Shown here: positions 8,144 through 17,058 of the stretch, in pieces
Position numbering within the stretch: position 1 is the stretch's first letter
How the letters are laid out: every line of letters starts with the position of its first letter
NCBI GenBank assembly: GCA_903835075.1
Contig: CAILLM010000006.1
Span: 1-54,981, forward strand
Origin: Candidatus Staskawiczbacteria bacterium
Lineage (GTDB): Bacteria > Patescibacteriota > Minisyncoccia > Minisyncoccales > Staskawiczbacteraceae
Length of the DNA stretch: 54,981 nucleotides
Direction of reading: 5' to 3'
Notes under the pieces: model-generated
Database searches by the model: none
What the model saw: the letters and a program-made list of their open reading frames with translations, nothing else
What the model was told of the DNA's origin: nothing
Translations under genes and position numbers: made by a program

Positions 8144-9286
8144 TTATTTCATTTCAGAAACAATAAAATCTACTAAATCTTCAGATGCTTTTGGTTTGGC
8201 TAATTTTTTGCAATTTTGCTTCATTTCTTCCAATTTTTTGCTATTTGAAAATAACTTAATTATTGCTTCAACCGGCCTTCTAGAACCAGGGGCTTTTATT
8301 CCTGCTCCTTGTTTTACAACATATTTAACATTGTCTTCTTCCTGCCCTGGAATAATATCATTAAACACCATTGGAAGGTTTTTTGACAAACACTCAGAAA
8401 CTGTCAGCCCGCCTGCTTTTGTTAATATTAAATCTGCAACTGACATATATTCGTCAATATTATCTATAAAATCAAACACCCTTATTGCTGGATAATTTTT
8501 TATTTTGGAATTCTGCAATTTTTCTTGTAAAATCTTATCACGCCCAGCTACAATTATAATTTGCAAATTTTTACTTTTTTTCTTTACGCCTTTAACAATT
8601 TTTAACAAATTACCGTAACTTATTCTCCCGCCTACTATTAATAAAATTGGCTTTGATTTGTCAAAATTTAAATTTTCTATAATTTTATTTTTGTCTGGTG
8701 TTTCGCTAAATTTTTTACTTATGGGAATGCCTGTTATTTTAATTACGTCTCCACTGGTGCCACGTTTAACTAAAGAATTTTTTATGTCTTGGTTGGCAAC
8801 AAAATAATAGTTGACGTCTTCATTGCTCCACAAAGAATGAAACCCAAAATCTGTACAAACATTGGCCGATGGTATGTTTATAATATTTTCTTTTTTAGTC
8901 AGTGATACCAACTGCATAGACAAGGGATTGGTGGAAATAATAAAGTTGGGGTTAAACTCTTCTATAAATTTTACTAGTCTAGATTTTCTGAGTATAACAC
9001 CTGAAATATTGCTCAAATGTTTATATCTGCCTCTGTAATTATAAAAATTATAGATTAATTTATAAAGAATAGGCGTGTTTATTATTGTTTGATTATAAAA
9101 CCAAGGCAAGCCATGCTTGAATATATCAAAGACAAAATCTAAAACATTAATGTTTTTAATTTCTATATCGGGATACATCAAAGCAAAATCTTCGGCGATA
9201 GCATTAGCTGCCGCGCCATGACCAGCTCCAAGAGGTGCATATAAAATTAAGACTTTCTTGTGCCCCAAAGGGTATTTCTTTTCCAT
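8144..9286 (-). CDS. MGDG synthase / UgtP-like glycosyltransferase (GT28)
   Basis: GAGHGAAA, VCTDFGFH, TGIPI, TKAGGLTVSE and PGQEEDN motifs. Confidence 0.88.
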   Translation of the reverse strand: MEKKYPLGHKKVLILYAPLGAGHGAAANAIAEDFALMYPDIEIKNINVLDFVFDIFKHGLPWFYNQTIINTPILYKLIYNFYNYRGRYKHLSNISGVILRKSRLVKFIEEFNPNFIISTNPLSMQLVSLTKKENIINIPSANVCTDFGFHSLWSNEDVNYYFVANQDIKNSLVKRGTSGDVIKITGIPISKKFSETPDKNKIIENLNFDKSKPILLIVGGRISYGNLLKIVKGVKKKSKNLQIIIVAGRDKILQEKLQNSKIKNYPAIRVFDFIDNIDEYMSVADLILTKAGGLTVSECLSKNLPMVFNDIIPGQEEDNVKYVVKQGAGIKAPGSRRPVEAIIKLFSNSKKLEEMKQNCKKLAKPKASEDLVDFIVSEMK

Positions 9287-9326
9287 GCTAGTTAATTATG
9301 ATAGAATTATATAATAAAATCATACT

Positions 9327-9719
9327 ATGAAAAACAATTTACTAAGATTATTTTTAGGTATAACATTTCTATCGGCGGGAATATATAGGATTTTTAATTG
9401 GAATCAGGCTGTTATAGAGTTTTCTAGGCTAAATCTTGATGGTGCCTATTATCTTATATTATTAATTATCTTATTGGAAGTTGTAGGAGGCTTATTACTG
9501 ATATTTAATATAAAAACAAAAGAAGTTCTTTTAACTTTTTCTGTATTTATAACAATTGCCCTAATAACTGCATTTATGGCAGATGGACAAAACATTATTT
9601 CTAATTTTAAAGAATTATTTATTTTTACTCCAAGCCCTACAGACACATTTTTACACTTTACTTATCTGGTAATTATAATCTCACTTCTTGGATCAATAAG
9701 AAAAAATAAACAAATTTAA
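9327..9719 (+). CDS. DoxX family membrane protein
   Basis: LLRLFLGITFLSAG and LEVVGGLLLI; four hydrophobic segments. Confidence 0.75.
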   Translation: MKNNLLRLFLGITFLSAGIYRIFNWNQAVIEFSRLNLDGAYYLILLIILLEVVGGLLLIFNIKTKEVLLTFSVFITIALITAFMADGQNIISNFKELFIFTPSPTDTFLHFTYLVIIISLLGSIRKNKQI

Positions 9720-9788
9720 TTGAACAAATTTTTTGCTTCATTCCAAATATCAGGTTGGTTGTGTACAACCTTCATCCAATACCACCAT
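9716..9788 (-). pseudogene. Orphan 3' end of a homolog of the adjacent glycoside hydrolase gene
   Basis: 9721-9788 matches 9895-9962 at 59/68 nt; it reads WWYWMKVVHNQPDIWNEAKNLFN-stop versus WWYWMKTVHNQPQIWNEAKNLFITK-stop. Confidence 0.88.
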
Positions 9789-9881
9789 GTCGCTCGTTCC
9801 TCGCTCCTTCAAAACCCTCGGTTTTGAATAATTTCCTACACGGGAGGAATTCTTCCTCCCGACCCCTCCTTGAATGGTGGT
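9781..9881. mobile_element. MITE/REP-like composite hairpin element
   Basis: Terminal inverted repeats ACCACCAT (9781-9788) and ATGGTGGT (9874-9881); internal hairpins TTCAAAACC/GGTTTTGAA and CGGGAGGAA/TTCCTCCCG. Confidence 0.55.
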
Positions 9882-9883
9882 TT

Positions 9884-10909
9884 TTATTTTGTGATGAACA
9901 AATTTTTTGCTTCATTCCAAATTTGGGGTTGATTATGAACAGTTTTCATCCAATACCACCATTCTACTCCCCAAAAGTAAAACTTGTCTAACCCAGACGC
10001 CTTAGCAAACTCAACATTTTGCTTAAATATTACTGGGTTCATTGTCTCTGCTTGCTCTTTCAAGGGAACATCATAAAATTGTCCCGAAACCCAAGGCTCG
10101 GCCTGCAGTTCTATACAAAATACTTCTTTACCAAATATTTTGTTAATAATCAAAGCTTTTCTGGAATAATATACTGGAGAGAAAAAAGAATGGAAATAAA
10201 AACCAAAACTATCAGTTATTCTTGTCCATGCTTCTCTGTACATGGTGTTGCCAACTACATCTCCAATTTTAGCTGCCCCAAACCAAGAAGAATATTCACC
10301 AGTATCAGAAACAATAACTTTTCTTGATGGATCTAAAAATTTCACTGTAGCCACCTCTTCTCTTAAAAAATCATTATTTTTATAATACCAATCAGGGCAC
10401 TCGCCAAAATAAAAAAATGGCTCATTTTCAACCTGCCAATAAATTATGGAGGGATTATTTTTGTATCTTTGGACAACTTCTTTTATATAATTTAAAGTTG
10501 CTTGTTTTTCCTGCGTCTCTTGTAATTTACTTGCCCATTTTGGAACATGGCATTCTGGCCACCTTCCGCTTTTCATTCCCACAACATATATAATTTTTAC
10601 ATTTTTCTCTTGTGCTTGAGATAATTGCCAATCAACATCATCAAAATAATATTTATCTTTTTCGCCCTCAATCCAATCCCATTGTGTATGTAATTTTATA
10701 TTTTTTACGCCCAGGTCATTTATTATGGCTGAATAAGCCTCTTTCCAGCTTAAGCCCAAAGACTGAGCCTGCATTTGAGAAAAATCCACACCCCAAGTAA
10801 TGTTTTTTTGGACTGGAGCTTTACCCACAAAAAAATAACAGAAAATAGACGCCAATAAAGCAAATATCGCCAACAATAAAATGCCAAGTCTTTTTAGTTT
10901 TTTTTTCAT
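9884..10909 (-). CDS. Clan GH-A glycoside hydrolase-like protein, membrane-anchored
   Basis: WQVENEP acid/base motif, IELQAEPW nucleophile region, N-terminal TM helix. Confidence 0.8.
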   Translation of the reverse strand: MKKKLKRLGILLLAIFALLASIFCYFFVGKAPVQKNITWGVDFSQMQAQSLGLSWKEAYSAIINDLGVKNIKLHTQWDWIEGEKDKYYFDDVDWQLSQAQEKNVKIIYVVGMKSGRWPECHVPKWASKLQETQEKQATLNYIKEVVQRYKNNPSIIYWQVENEPFFYFGECPDWYYKNNDFLREEVATVKFLDPSRKVIVSDTGEYSSWFGAAKIGDVVGNTMYREAWTRITDSFGFYFHSFFSPVYYSRKALIINKIFGKEVFCIELQAEPWVSGQFYDVPLKEQAETMNPVIFKQNVEFAKASGLDKFYFWGVEWWYWMKTVHNQPQIWNEAKNLFITK

Positions 10910-12232
10910 TTAATTTTTGCGTTCGGCAATTATTTTTTCTATATTATAGGTCCCCTTTTTCTCTATTTCCATAAAACCTTGTATGGCTAATTCAGCCAAA
11001 TCCCCAGAGTTTAGTGAATCATAAAACCATTGCTCTGCATACTTAGGGTTTTCTTGAGCCATACCACAACCAACATGCAACAACCATTTTTTATTAAAAT
11101 CTTCTTGAGAGCCTATTGGCGGAGCCACAATTATGGGCAACCCCAAGCCTGCATAAAAAGAAAGTTCGGAAGGTTTTGTCCATAAAACATCTGTTTCTCT
11201 TAATGCTTCATTGAATGTTTTAAAATATTCATCTGTTGTGATGCCAGATAAAATATGCACCCAACCATCTAATTTTAATTCTTTAATGTTATCTGCATAA
11301 TATTTTCTTAATTCTTCCCTTACACCAACTGCAATAATAAATCTTAGCTTCTTATTCTTTATTTTTTCTTTCAAGCTATTTATTGCTGCCAATGGTATTT
11401 CTTTTTGAGCGCCTGCGCCCCCTATGGAAAACATTATTGTTAGGGGATGATTTGATTTTTCTGGCAACTTACCCAAAGTTGCCTTCACCAAGGGGTTATA
11501 TATATTTCTATATTTTTTATAAGGATCTAAATTTATAAGCCTATGCCTTAAGTCATCTTTTAAAATTTCCAAATCTTCTCCCAAGTTTTCTTTTGGTAGG
11601 GGAAAACCTGTTAAAATTATATTTTTAGGGTCAACACCATAAAGTTTTAACCTGTCACGAGTCCAAGTGTTAGGAGTAAAATATTTAATTTTGCTTTTAT
11701 GCGGTTCTAATGAAACCCATGCCCTTGAGATGTCAGCATCACATATAACGCAATAAACATCATTTGGATACCCAATTGTTTCTGCCATAAAAGACGGAGT
11801 AAAAAAAGTAGATACTATTGGCAAAGGATTTTTTTTAAACCTTTCTATTAAATCCCTACCCCACCCTTTTTTTATAAAACTAAAAATATTTTTTAAAACA
11901 AAATCTGGTTGAGATAAATCTCTTTTAGGATAATATGCTAAAATCTTTTGAAATTTATCTAATATGGAAAACGCTAGGTTACCCAATAATGGGATATTTT
12001 TAAAACGTGAAATAAATTCATACAAAGAACGAGTTTGTTGCCAAAACTTTCTATCTTTTTCTGGAATACCGCTATAATTGTTGGCATTTATTACTCTGCC
12101 ACCAAAAGCCATGCCCCTTAAAGGATATGCTGTTCTTTGATGACCATAGCCCATGTCAGCAGCTATTACCCACGCCCTTCGACTTTGCTCAGGACCTTCG
12201 GCCTTTTTTTGTTTATCCAAATTCATATTCAT
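10910..12232 (-). CDS. GT-B fold glycosyltransferase-like protein (MGDG-synthase-related)
   Basis: MGYGHQR, VICDADI, TGFPL, TKPSEL and GSQEDFN parallel the GT28 motifs. Confidence 0.7.
   Translation of the reverse strand: MNMNLDKQKKAEGPEQSRRAWVIAADMGYGHQRTAYPLRGMAFGGRVINANNYSGIPEKDRKFWQQTRSLYEFISRFKNIPLLGNLAFSILDKFQKILAYYPKRDLSQPDFVLKNIFSFIKKGWGRDLIERFKKNPLPIVSTFFTPSFMAETIGYPNDVYCVICDADISRAWVSLEPHKSKIKYFTPNTWTRDRLKLYGVDPKNIILTGFPLPKENLGEDLEILKDDLRHRLINLDPYKKYRNIYNPLVKATLGKLPEKSNHPLTIMFSIGGAGAQKEIPLAAINSLKEKIKNKKLRFIIAVGVREELRKYYADNIKELKLDGWVHILSGITTDEYFKTFNEALRETDVLWTKPSELSFYAGLGLPIIVAPPIGSQEDFNKKWLLHVGCGMAQENPKYAEQWFYDSLNSGDLAELAIQGFMEIEKKGTYNIEKIIAERKN
12175..12203 (+). repeat. Family A repeat, in frame in the N-terminus of 10910..12232
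   Basis: CCCTTCGACTTTGCTCAGGACCTTCGGCC; encodes AEGPEQSRRA on the minus strand. Confidence 0.75.
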
Positions 12233-12278
12233 TTATTATACATTAAAATTAATAAAAAATTAACAGCACTAAATTACC

Positions 12279-12307
12279 TTGCAACCATTAAAAATCCGTG
12301 GTATTAT
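12279..12307 (+). promoter_or_regulatory. Sigma70-type promoter
   Basis: TTGCAA-17 nt-TATTAT with TGn. Confidence 0.6.
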
Positions 12308-12368
12308 ATTTATGACGTGCACTAAGGAACGCACGCCAACGTCCATTGAAAAACCATCACCCCCTATT

Positions 12369-12809
12369 ATGAAAAACCGACTAACTGCGACAGATATTGT
12401 AGGTGCATACGTATTTTGTTCCGATCCACGCGACCCGCTTCAGCAGGAAGCCATAGATAAATTGATGCCCAAAAACATAGGTGCTTGGGCACCAATAGCT
12501 CTGTTCGGAGGACCAATTGCTTTAGCCCGTCAAGGACCATCGTTAGATCCATGTTGTGAAATAATTTGCCACCAAATCCATTTCGCAGCAAAGAATTTCC
12601 CGAACTTCAAAACAGTTATCTTGATAGGCCATGATTGTGGCTACTATGCTGAGATAACTGAAAAAGAAGTTCTCCTGCCAGAAAAAAGAAATGACATCGC
12701 TGAAGCTAGACGATCCTTGGAGTGCAAGTTAACCGAGCTTGGCATTACAATTGAAATCAGGGCTTTCTTTTACGAGCCCGACGGATCTGGATTCACCGAG
12801 ATCAAATAG
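12369..12809 (+). CDS. Beta-carbonic-anhydrase-like Zn protein (divergent)
   Basis: CSDPR (CxDxR) and GHDCGYY Zn-ligand motifs. Start moved to ATG 12369 because the promoter overlaps the longer ORF start. Confidence 0.6.
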   Translation: MKNRLTATDIVGAYVFCSDPRDPLQQEAIDKLMPKNIGAWAPIALFGGPIALARQGPSLDPCCEIICHQIHFAAKNFPNFKTVILIGHDCGYYAEITEKEVLLPEKRNDIAEARRSLECKLTELGITIEIRAFFYEPDGSGFTEIK

Positions 12810-12837
12810 CCAAAGGGTCGTAAGACCATTCTCATAA

Positions 12838-12864
12838 CCGCAACAACAGTTGCGGATTTTTTTT
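12838..12864 (+). terminator. Intrinsic terminator
   Basis: CCGCAAC-AACA-GTTGCGG followed by a T tract. Confidence 0.8.
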
Positions 12865-12879
12865 ACTTGTATTCGTAGG

Positions 12880-14379
12880 CTATATAAAATTTTTTTTGTA
12901 TTTTTTGTTTAAGAAAAACGTGACTACAATTATGCCAATATATAAAACAACTAGCCAAATTATTGGGACGTTTGTTATGGATTTTGCCATCCATGGTTGT
13001 GAAAATAAATCTATAACCTTAACAAAATAGCTTAATAACACCCAACAAGGAATTGCCACAACAAATCCAAGCAAGCCCGAAAACACCCCCGTCACAGATG
13101 CCACAAACCCAAAAACCATAAGCCAATAAACAATTGGTAAAATTAGCATGTTGGTTATTGGCGAAACAAATGAAACATTACCAAAATTATAAATCATAAT
13201 TGGCAAAGTAAAAATTTGGGCAGCAAGGGTTGTTGAAACAATACCAATGAAATTATTTGCCTTATTATTATCCGAAATTTTTATTAAAAATTTAAAGAAT
13301 CTTTTAATTATGGGTTCTAAATAAACAAGACCTAAAACAGCCAGAAAAGAAAGCTGGAACCCAACATCAAACAACAATAACAGTGGATTTATAAAAATCA
13401 TTATTGCACAAGCCAAGGTCAATAATCGAGAGCTCATAACTTGCCTGCCTAAATGTTGTGATAAAAGAAAAATTATTCCCATAATACCCGCCCTAACTCC
13501 CGAAGGTGGCAAACCAGTTAAAATAACATATGCACAAATAAAAAACACCGCAACATAAAATGCCTGACCACGCCAAAGTCCAATGCCCACTAACAAGGTC
13601 ATAATTATTTCACTTAAAATTACAACGTGAGTGCCCGAAACCGCTATAACGTGACGCAAACCAGTAATGTTTAATTTGCTTTTTAGGTCGGGCGTCATTG
13701 CACCATTGTCTCCCAAAATTGTTCCTTCCATAATTAAACTTTGGGGTGGAGAAAAATTTCTAACAATGCTCTCGCGTAATTTTTGTTTAAAAAACAATAT
13801 CTTTTCATACAAATAAGAAAAAATATTATATTCATGCTTTTGTGATACTATCTCAACCCTTGGGAAAGCCATAACAGAATAAATGCCATCTTTCATTAAA
13901 TAATTCTGGTAATTAAATGTATCAGTATTTGTTGGGACTTCAAGCTTGCCTGTTAGTTTTATTTTGTCTAAATACTGATATTCAGGATAACGTTTTGTTG
14001 TTACTAAAATTTCACTCTCATTTACTTTTACTTTTATCCTCTGGATAGTATCTCTTAAATCTGGTTCCGCGCTGACGATACCTGTTAAAACTACTTGCCC
14101 TTTGCCATTTAATTTGCTTAATTTGTCATTGGCAATATTAAAATCTGAAATTTGTACGCGTAAAATTCCTAAAACCAAAAATAATAAACAAAATCCTACA
14201 ACAAAACTTAATTTTTTAAAGAAAAATGACAAGAAGACAGAAGCAATTCCCAAAACAAAAATCCCCAATACAAAACGCTGGATGATTTCCCCCGCTAAGC
14301 GGGGTCCGCCTAGTGCGGACAGAAATATTCCTGCTATAAATGACAAACAAAGAAAAAATAATGCCTTAGATGGGCTCAT
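12880..14379 (-). CDS. comEC: ComEC/Rec2 competence DNA-uptake channel (no MBL domain)
   Basis: DUF4131 region, GLRHVIAVSGTHV, SGVRAGIM and DVGFQLSF. Confidence 0.92.
   Translation of the reverse strand: MSPSKALFFLCLSFIAGIFLSALGGPRLAGEIIQRFVLGIFVLGIASVFLSFFFKKLSFVVGFCLLFLVLGILRVQISDFNIANDKLSKLNGKGQVVLTGIVSAEPDLRDTIQRIKVKVNESEILVTTKRYPEYQYLDKIKLTGKLEVPTNTDTFNYQNYLMKDGIYSVMAFPRVEIVSQKHEYNIFSYLYEKILFFKQKLRESIVRNFSPPQSLIMEGTILGDNGAMTPDLKSKLNITGLRHVIAVSGTHVVILSEIIMTLLVGIGLWRGQAFYVAVFFICAYVILTGLPPSGVRAGIMGIIFLLSQHLGRQVMSSRLLTLACAIMIFINPLLLLFDVGFQLSFLAVLGLVYLEPIIKRFFKFLIKISDNNKANNFIGIVSTTLAAQIFTLPIMIYNFGNVSFVSPITNMLILPIVYWLMVFGFVASVTGVFSGLLGFVVAIPCWVLLSYFVKVIDLFSQPWMAKSITNVPIIWLVVLYIGIIVVTFFLNKKYKKNFI
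14290..14320. repeat. Family C double hairpin, in frame in comEC
   Basis: CCCCGC-TAA-GCGGGG and GTCCGC-CTAGT-GCGGAC; encodes SALGGPRLAG. Confidence 0.75.
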
Positions 14380-14382
14380 TTA

Positions 14383-15114
14383 TCATTGCCTAAGTTGGCA
14401 ATCTTTAAAATATGATGATATTTTTTTTACTATTTGCTCTACGGTTTCTCGCTCAAATGGTCTAACTTTCTCAAACTCTGGGTCAATAGTTTTTTCTGCT
14501 CTAAAATTTTGCAAATAATACTTTACATCTGGCCCACCTATCCATTTAGCAATATCAATAAACTCTTCTGGTGTGTGCACAGTATTTACAACTGTTGTGC
14601 GAAACTCCCAATCAAAACTGCCTGCCCGCCCTGAGCTTGCCGAATGGGTTTTTAAAAATTCTACACTTTCTTTTATGTGGTCTATGGTAATTCCCTCTAT
14701 CATTAAATTTTTATATGCAGGGTTGTTTTGTGCAGTTTTTATGTCCATTGCCACATAATCAACCATTCTTGCTTCCACTAACTCTTTTAACATTTTTGGA
14801 TTAGAACCATTTGTGTCTAACTTTACTAAAAATCCTAAATGTTTTATTTTCTCTATAAAGCGTGGCAAATCTTTATTTATTGTTGGTTCTCCCCCACAAA
14901 TTACAACACCATCAAGCTGGCCCTGTCTTTGTTTTAAAAAATTAAAAAATTCCTCTTCTTGCATTCTTGGTTGTTTGGCAATTTTTAACGGTAAAACTAA
15001 CTCTGCCGAATAACACCACGGACATCTAAAGTTACATCCAGCCAAAAAAACCACACAGGCAATTTTGCTTGGAAAATCTATTAATGTTGATTTTTGTAAT
15101 CCTGCTATTATCAC
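14383..15114 (-). CDS. nrdG: Anaerobic ribonucleotide reductase activating protein (radical SAM)
   Basis: GCNFRCPWC (CxxxCxxC), GGEPT, KLDTNG and EFRTT; nrdD nearby. Confidence 0.9.
   Translation of the reverse strand: MIIAGLQKSTLIDFPSKIACVVFLAGCNFRCPWCYSAELVLPLKIAKQPRMQEEEFFNFLKQRQGQLDGVVICGGEPTINKDLPRFIEKIKHLGFLVKLDTNGSNPKMLKELVEARMVDYVAMDIKTAQNNPAYKNLMIEGITIDHIKESVEFLKTHSASSGRAGSFDWEFRTTVVNTVHTPEEFIDIAKWIGGPDVKYYLQNFRAEKTIDPEFEKVRPFERETVEQIVKKISSYFKDCQLRQ
14618..14648 (-). repeat. Family A repeat, in frame in nrdG
   Basis: CCCATTCGGCAAGCTCAGGGCGGGCAGGCAG; encodes HSASSGRAGS. Confidence 0.8.
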
Positions 15115-15116
15115 GG

Positions 15117-15139
15117 TCGTGTGAGCGGGGCGAACACGA
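15117..15139 (-). repeat. Family A-like hairpin abutting the nrdG start
   Basis: TCGTGTTCGCCCCGCTCACACGA on the minus strand. Confidence 0.55.
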
Positions 15140-15214
15140 TTGCTTCGGAAATTAGGCCGTGGGCATATCTATACATTTAGGCCGAATTTACGCTGAACAC
15201 CTTACTCTATTTAA

Positions 15215-15244
15215 TTAAGCTACTTCTTGTTGGTAACAACTTTC
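15215..15244 (-). pseudogene. Orphan 3' end of a Cys-rich family paralog
   Basis: Reads ESCYQQEVA-stop, matching the C-termini EACYQQEIV-stop and EQCYQQEII-stop of the two full paralogs. Confidence 0.75.
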
Positions 15245-15245
15245 G

Positions 15246-15264
15246 TCCTTCGGCAGGCTCAGGA
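15246..15264 (+). repeat. Family A repeat (intergenic)
   Basis: TCCTTCGGCAGGCTCAGGA. Confidence 0.85.
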
Positions 15265-15275
15265 TTCGGCCCCAT

Positions 15276-16997
15276 TTATACAATCTCTTGCTGATAACAG
15301 GCCTCGCAGTAAACTATTTCCGGTCTGTCGGGCGCATATGACGTTTCGAATTCATTGGTGCAACCTTCTTTCATGCAATGCCTATGCCAAAGCTTAATGG
15401 GGTTACGCCATGCAAACCTTGCATAATGCCTACAATTCTGACAAATTTGCGGTAGGGGTATATTAAGTTTTTTATAAAATTGAAGTTCTTGATTGGTAAT
15501 TTTAAATACTCCCGCACATTCATGATTGCATGCACCTGCATGAACGCAACTTATGACTTCTTTTAATATATTGTCATCTACATTTTTAGCATCATCTGGC
15601 AATTCAGAGCCTAATTTTGTAACATTAAATTTTTTGTTTTTGGCGTCTTGCCATATAAAACCATGATGTTCTGCCTCTTCTTTTGTAAAAGGGAAAAAAT
15701 CATTAGCAAACGACTGGTTATAAGCTATGGGACTCATTTCTGCTGGGAAAAATTCTCCATATTTATAAATACAACCATTTTTGTCTACATAGGGCATGTC
15801 ATTCATATGTTGGATAATTTTTGGAACAAGAGTCTCGTATTCTTCTTTTGTGTATTGTTTATTCAAAATACAATACTGTTTGTTACGCAAACTTACACAC
15901 CCAAACAATGAAGACGAATTTTGAACACAATAATAGCAATAAGATAGATTCGAAATAGTTGAGTAACACTGTGACGAAAAGCTAATATTGTATGCTCCAA
16001 TTCCCACTATAACCGATTCATAAATTAGTTCACTTCCCTCTCCAAAACCACTATGGTCATAAGAGTCTTTTGCAGGTCCAATACTAAAATTATGGCAATA
16101 TTTAACATTTTCACCATTAATAACTCTCCAACAGTATTGAGCATTTTTTGAATCTTTGATGTAATCTCCCAAAACATTAGCATTGTGCCTGCCGTGCATA
16201 AATTTATTCGGGAATTTTATCCAAAAACTAATGGCCTTATTTCGCATTTCCTCAATATTTTTTCTAGAGCTCAAATTAAATTCTTTTAACTTCTGAATGT
16301 ATTCTTCTTTTGAGTAGGCTTGGTTAAAAATATGATATGCCTTGCTTTTTAAATTAATACATCCAAAACAATTGTTACACCCTGTGCAATTCTTAGAAAA
16401 AATTATATCATTGCAATCTTCACAATCTACTGAATATAGCACCTTATAGCATTTAACCAAATTAACAGAATCATAACAAAGTTCTGACTCAATAAACATA
16501 TAACAGTCAAAAATATCTTTAGAGTTTGCTCCCCAAATAGAATAAGCAGAATTTTCCACAAAAGAAGCTGCAAAAGTGAGATAGCAATCTTTTGGGTCTG
16601 TGGCATTCATGCAATAGTCGCTTCTTACGGGATTGGTAAGAGACCTAGACATTAATGGAACTTGATAAAATAAATCTTTAAATTGCTCAAAAAATGGTCT
16701 TGAAAAATCATAGTCTCTGCCATATTGCATTGGATCCCAAGAATCAGAATACCATTCTGCCGTATCTAGCACTTTTACTGGAGAATCTTCATGGTAATTA
16801 GAAAAAATCTCTTTCCCATGAATATCTTTTTTTCTAAAAAGCCTCCATTCATTTCTCCACGCAAAGCGACGCTGTGTCCTACAATCTGGACAAAACGTTG
16901 GTGCCGGTACTTTTATTTTTTCGTAGAACACAAAATCATCGGGCTCAATTACAAAGTCCTTTTTACAATTTTGACATGTTTTAACTTCTTGCTCCAT
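15276..16997 (-). CDS. Cys-rich protein with N- and C-terminal zinc-ribbon motifs, function unknown (paralog 1)
   Basis: CQNC..CPDC N-terminus, central periodic Cys repeats, CQNC and CEAC C-terminus; paralog at 46732..48459. Confidence 0.88.
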   Translation of the reverse strand: MEQEVKTCQNCKKDFVIEPDDFVFYEKIKVPAPTFCPDCRTQRRFAWRNEWRLFRKKDIHGKEIFSNYHEDSPVKVLDTAEWYSDSWDPMQYGRDYDFSRPFFEQFKDLFYQVPLMSRSLTNPVRSDYCMNATDPKDCYLTFAASFVENSAYSIWGANSKDIFDCYMFIESELCYDSVNLVKCYKVLYSVDCEDCNDIIFSKNCTGCNNCFGCINLKSKAYHIFNQAYSKEEYIQKLKEFNLSSRKNIEEMRNKAISFWIKFPNKFMHGRHNANVLGDYIKDSKNAQYCWRVINGENVKYCHNFSIGPAKDSYDHSGFGEGSELIYESVIVGIGAYNISFSSQCYSTISNLSYCYYCVQNSSSLFGCVSLRNKQYCILNKQYTKEEYETLVPKIIQHMNDMPYVDKNGCIYKYGEFFPAEMSPIAYNQSFANDFFPFTKEEAEHHGFIWQDAKNKKFNVTKLGSELPDDAKNVDDNILKEVISCVHAGACNHECAGVFKITNQELQFYKKLNIPLPQICQNCRHYARFAWRNPIKLWHRHCMKEGCTNEFETSYAPDRPEIVYCEACYQQEIV

Positions 16998-17017
16998 ATT
17001 TCTAAATTAGTTATTCT

Positions 17018-17041
17018 TCAGGTTACCATATGGTAACCTGA
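17018..17041. promoter_or_regulatory. Perfect 24-bp palindrome (candidate operator or recombination site)
   Basis: TCAGGTTACCATATGGTAACCTGA, 20 nt upstream of the Cys-rich gene ATG. Confidence 0.7.
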
Positions 17042-17058
17042 GCTCTCAGGGCACTCTT

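Noticed and set aside
9721..9962. Possible DGR template/variable repeat pair at a gene 3' end
   Set aside because: Mismatches are not adenine-specific on either strand, over half are synonymous, and there is no reverse transcriptase in the window.
15238..15272. Hammerhead-like CTGA...CGAAA on the minus strand
   Set aside because: The CUGANGA core is not met (CTGAGCC); the sequence is explained by a family A repeat joined to a gene remnant.
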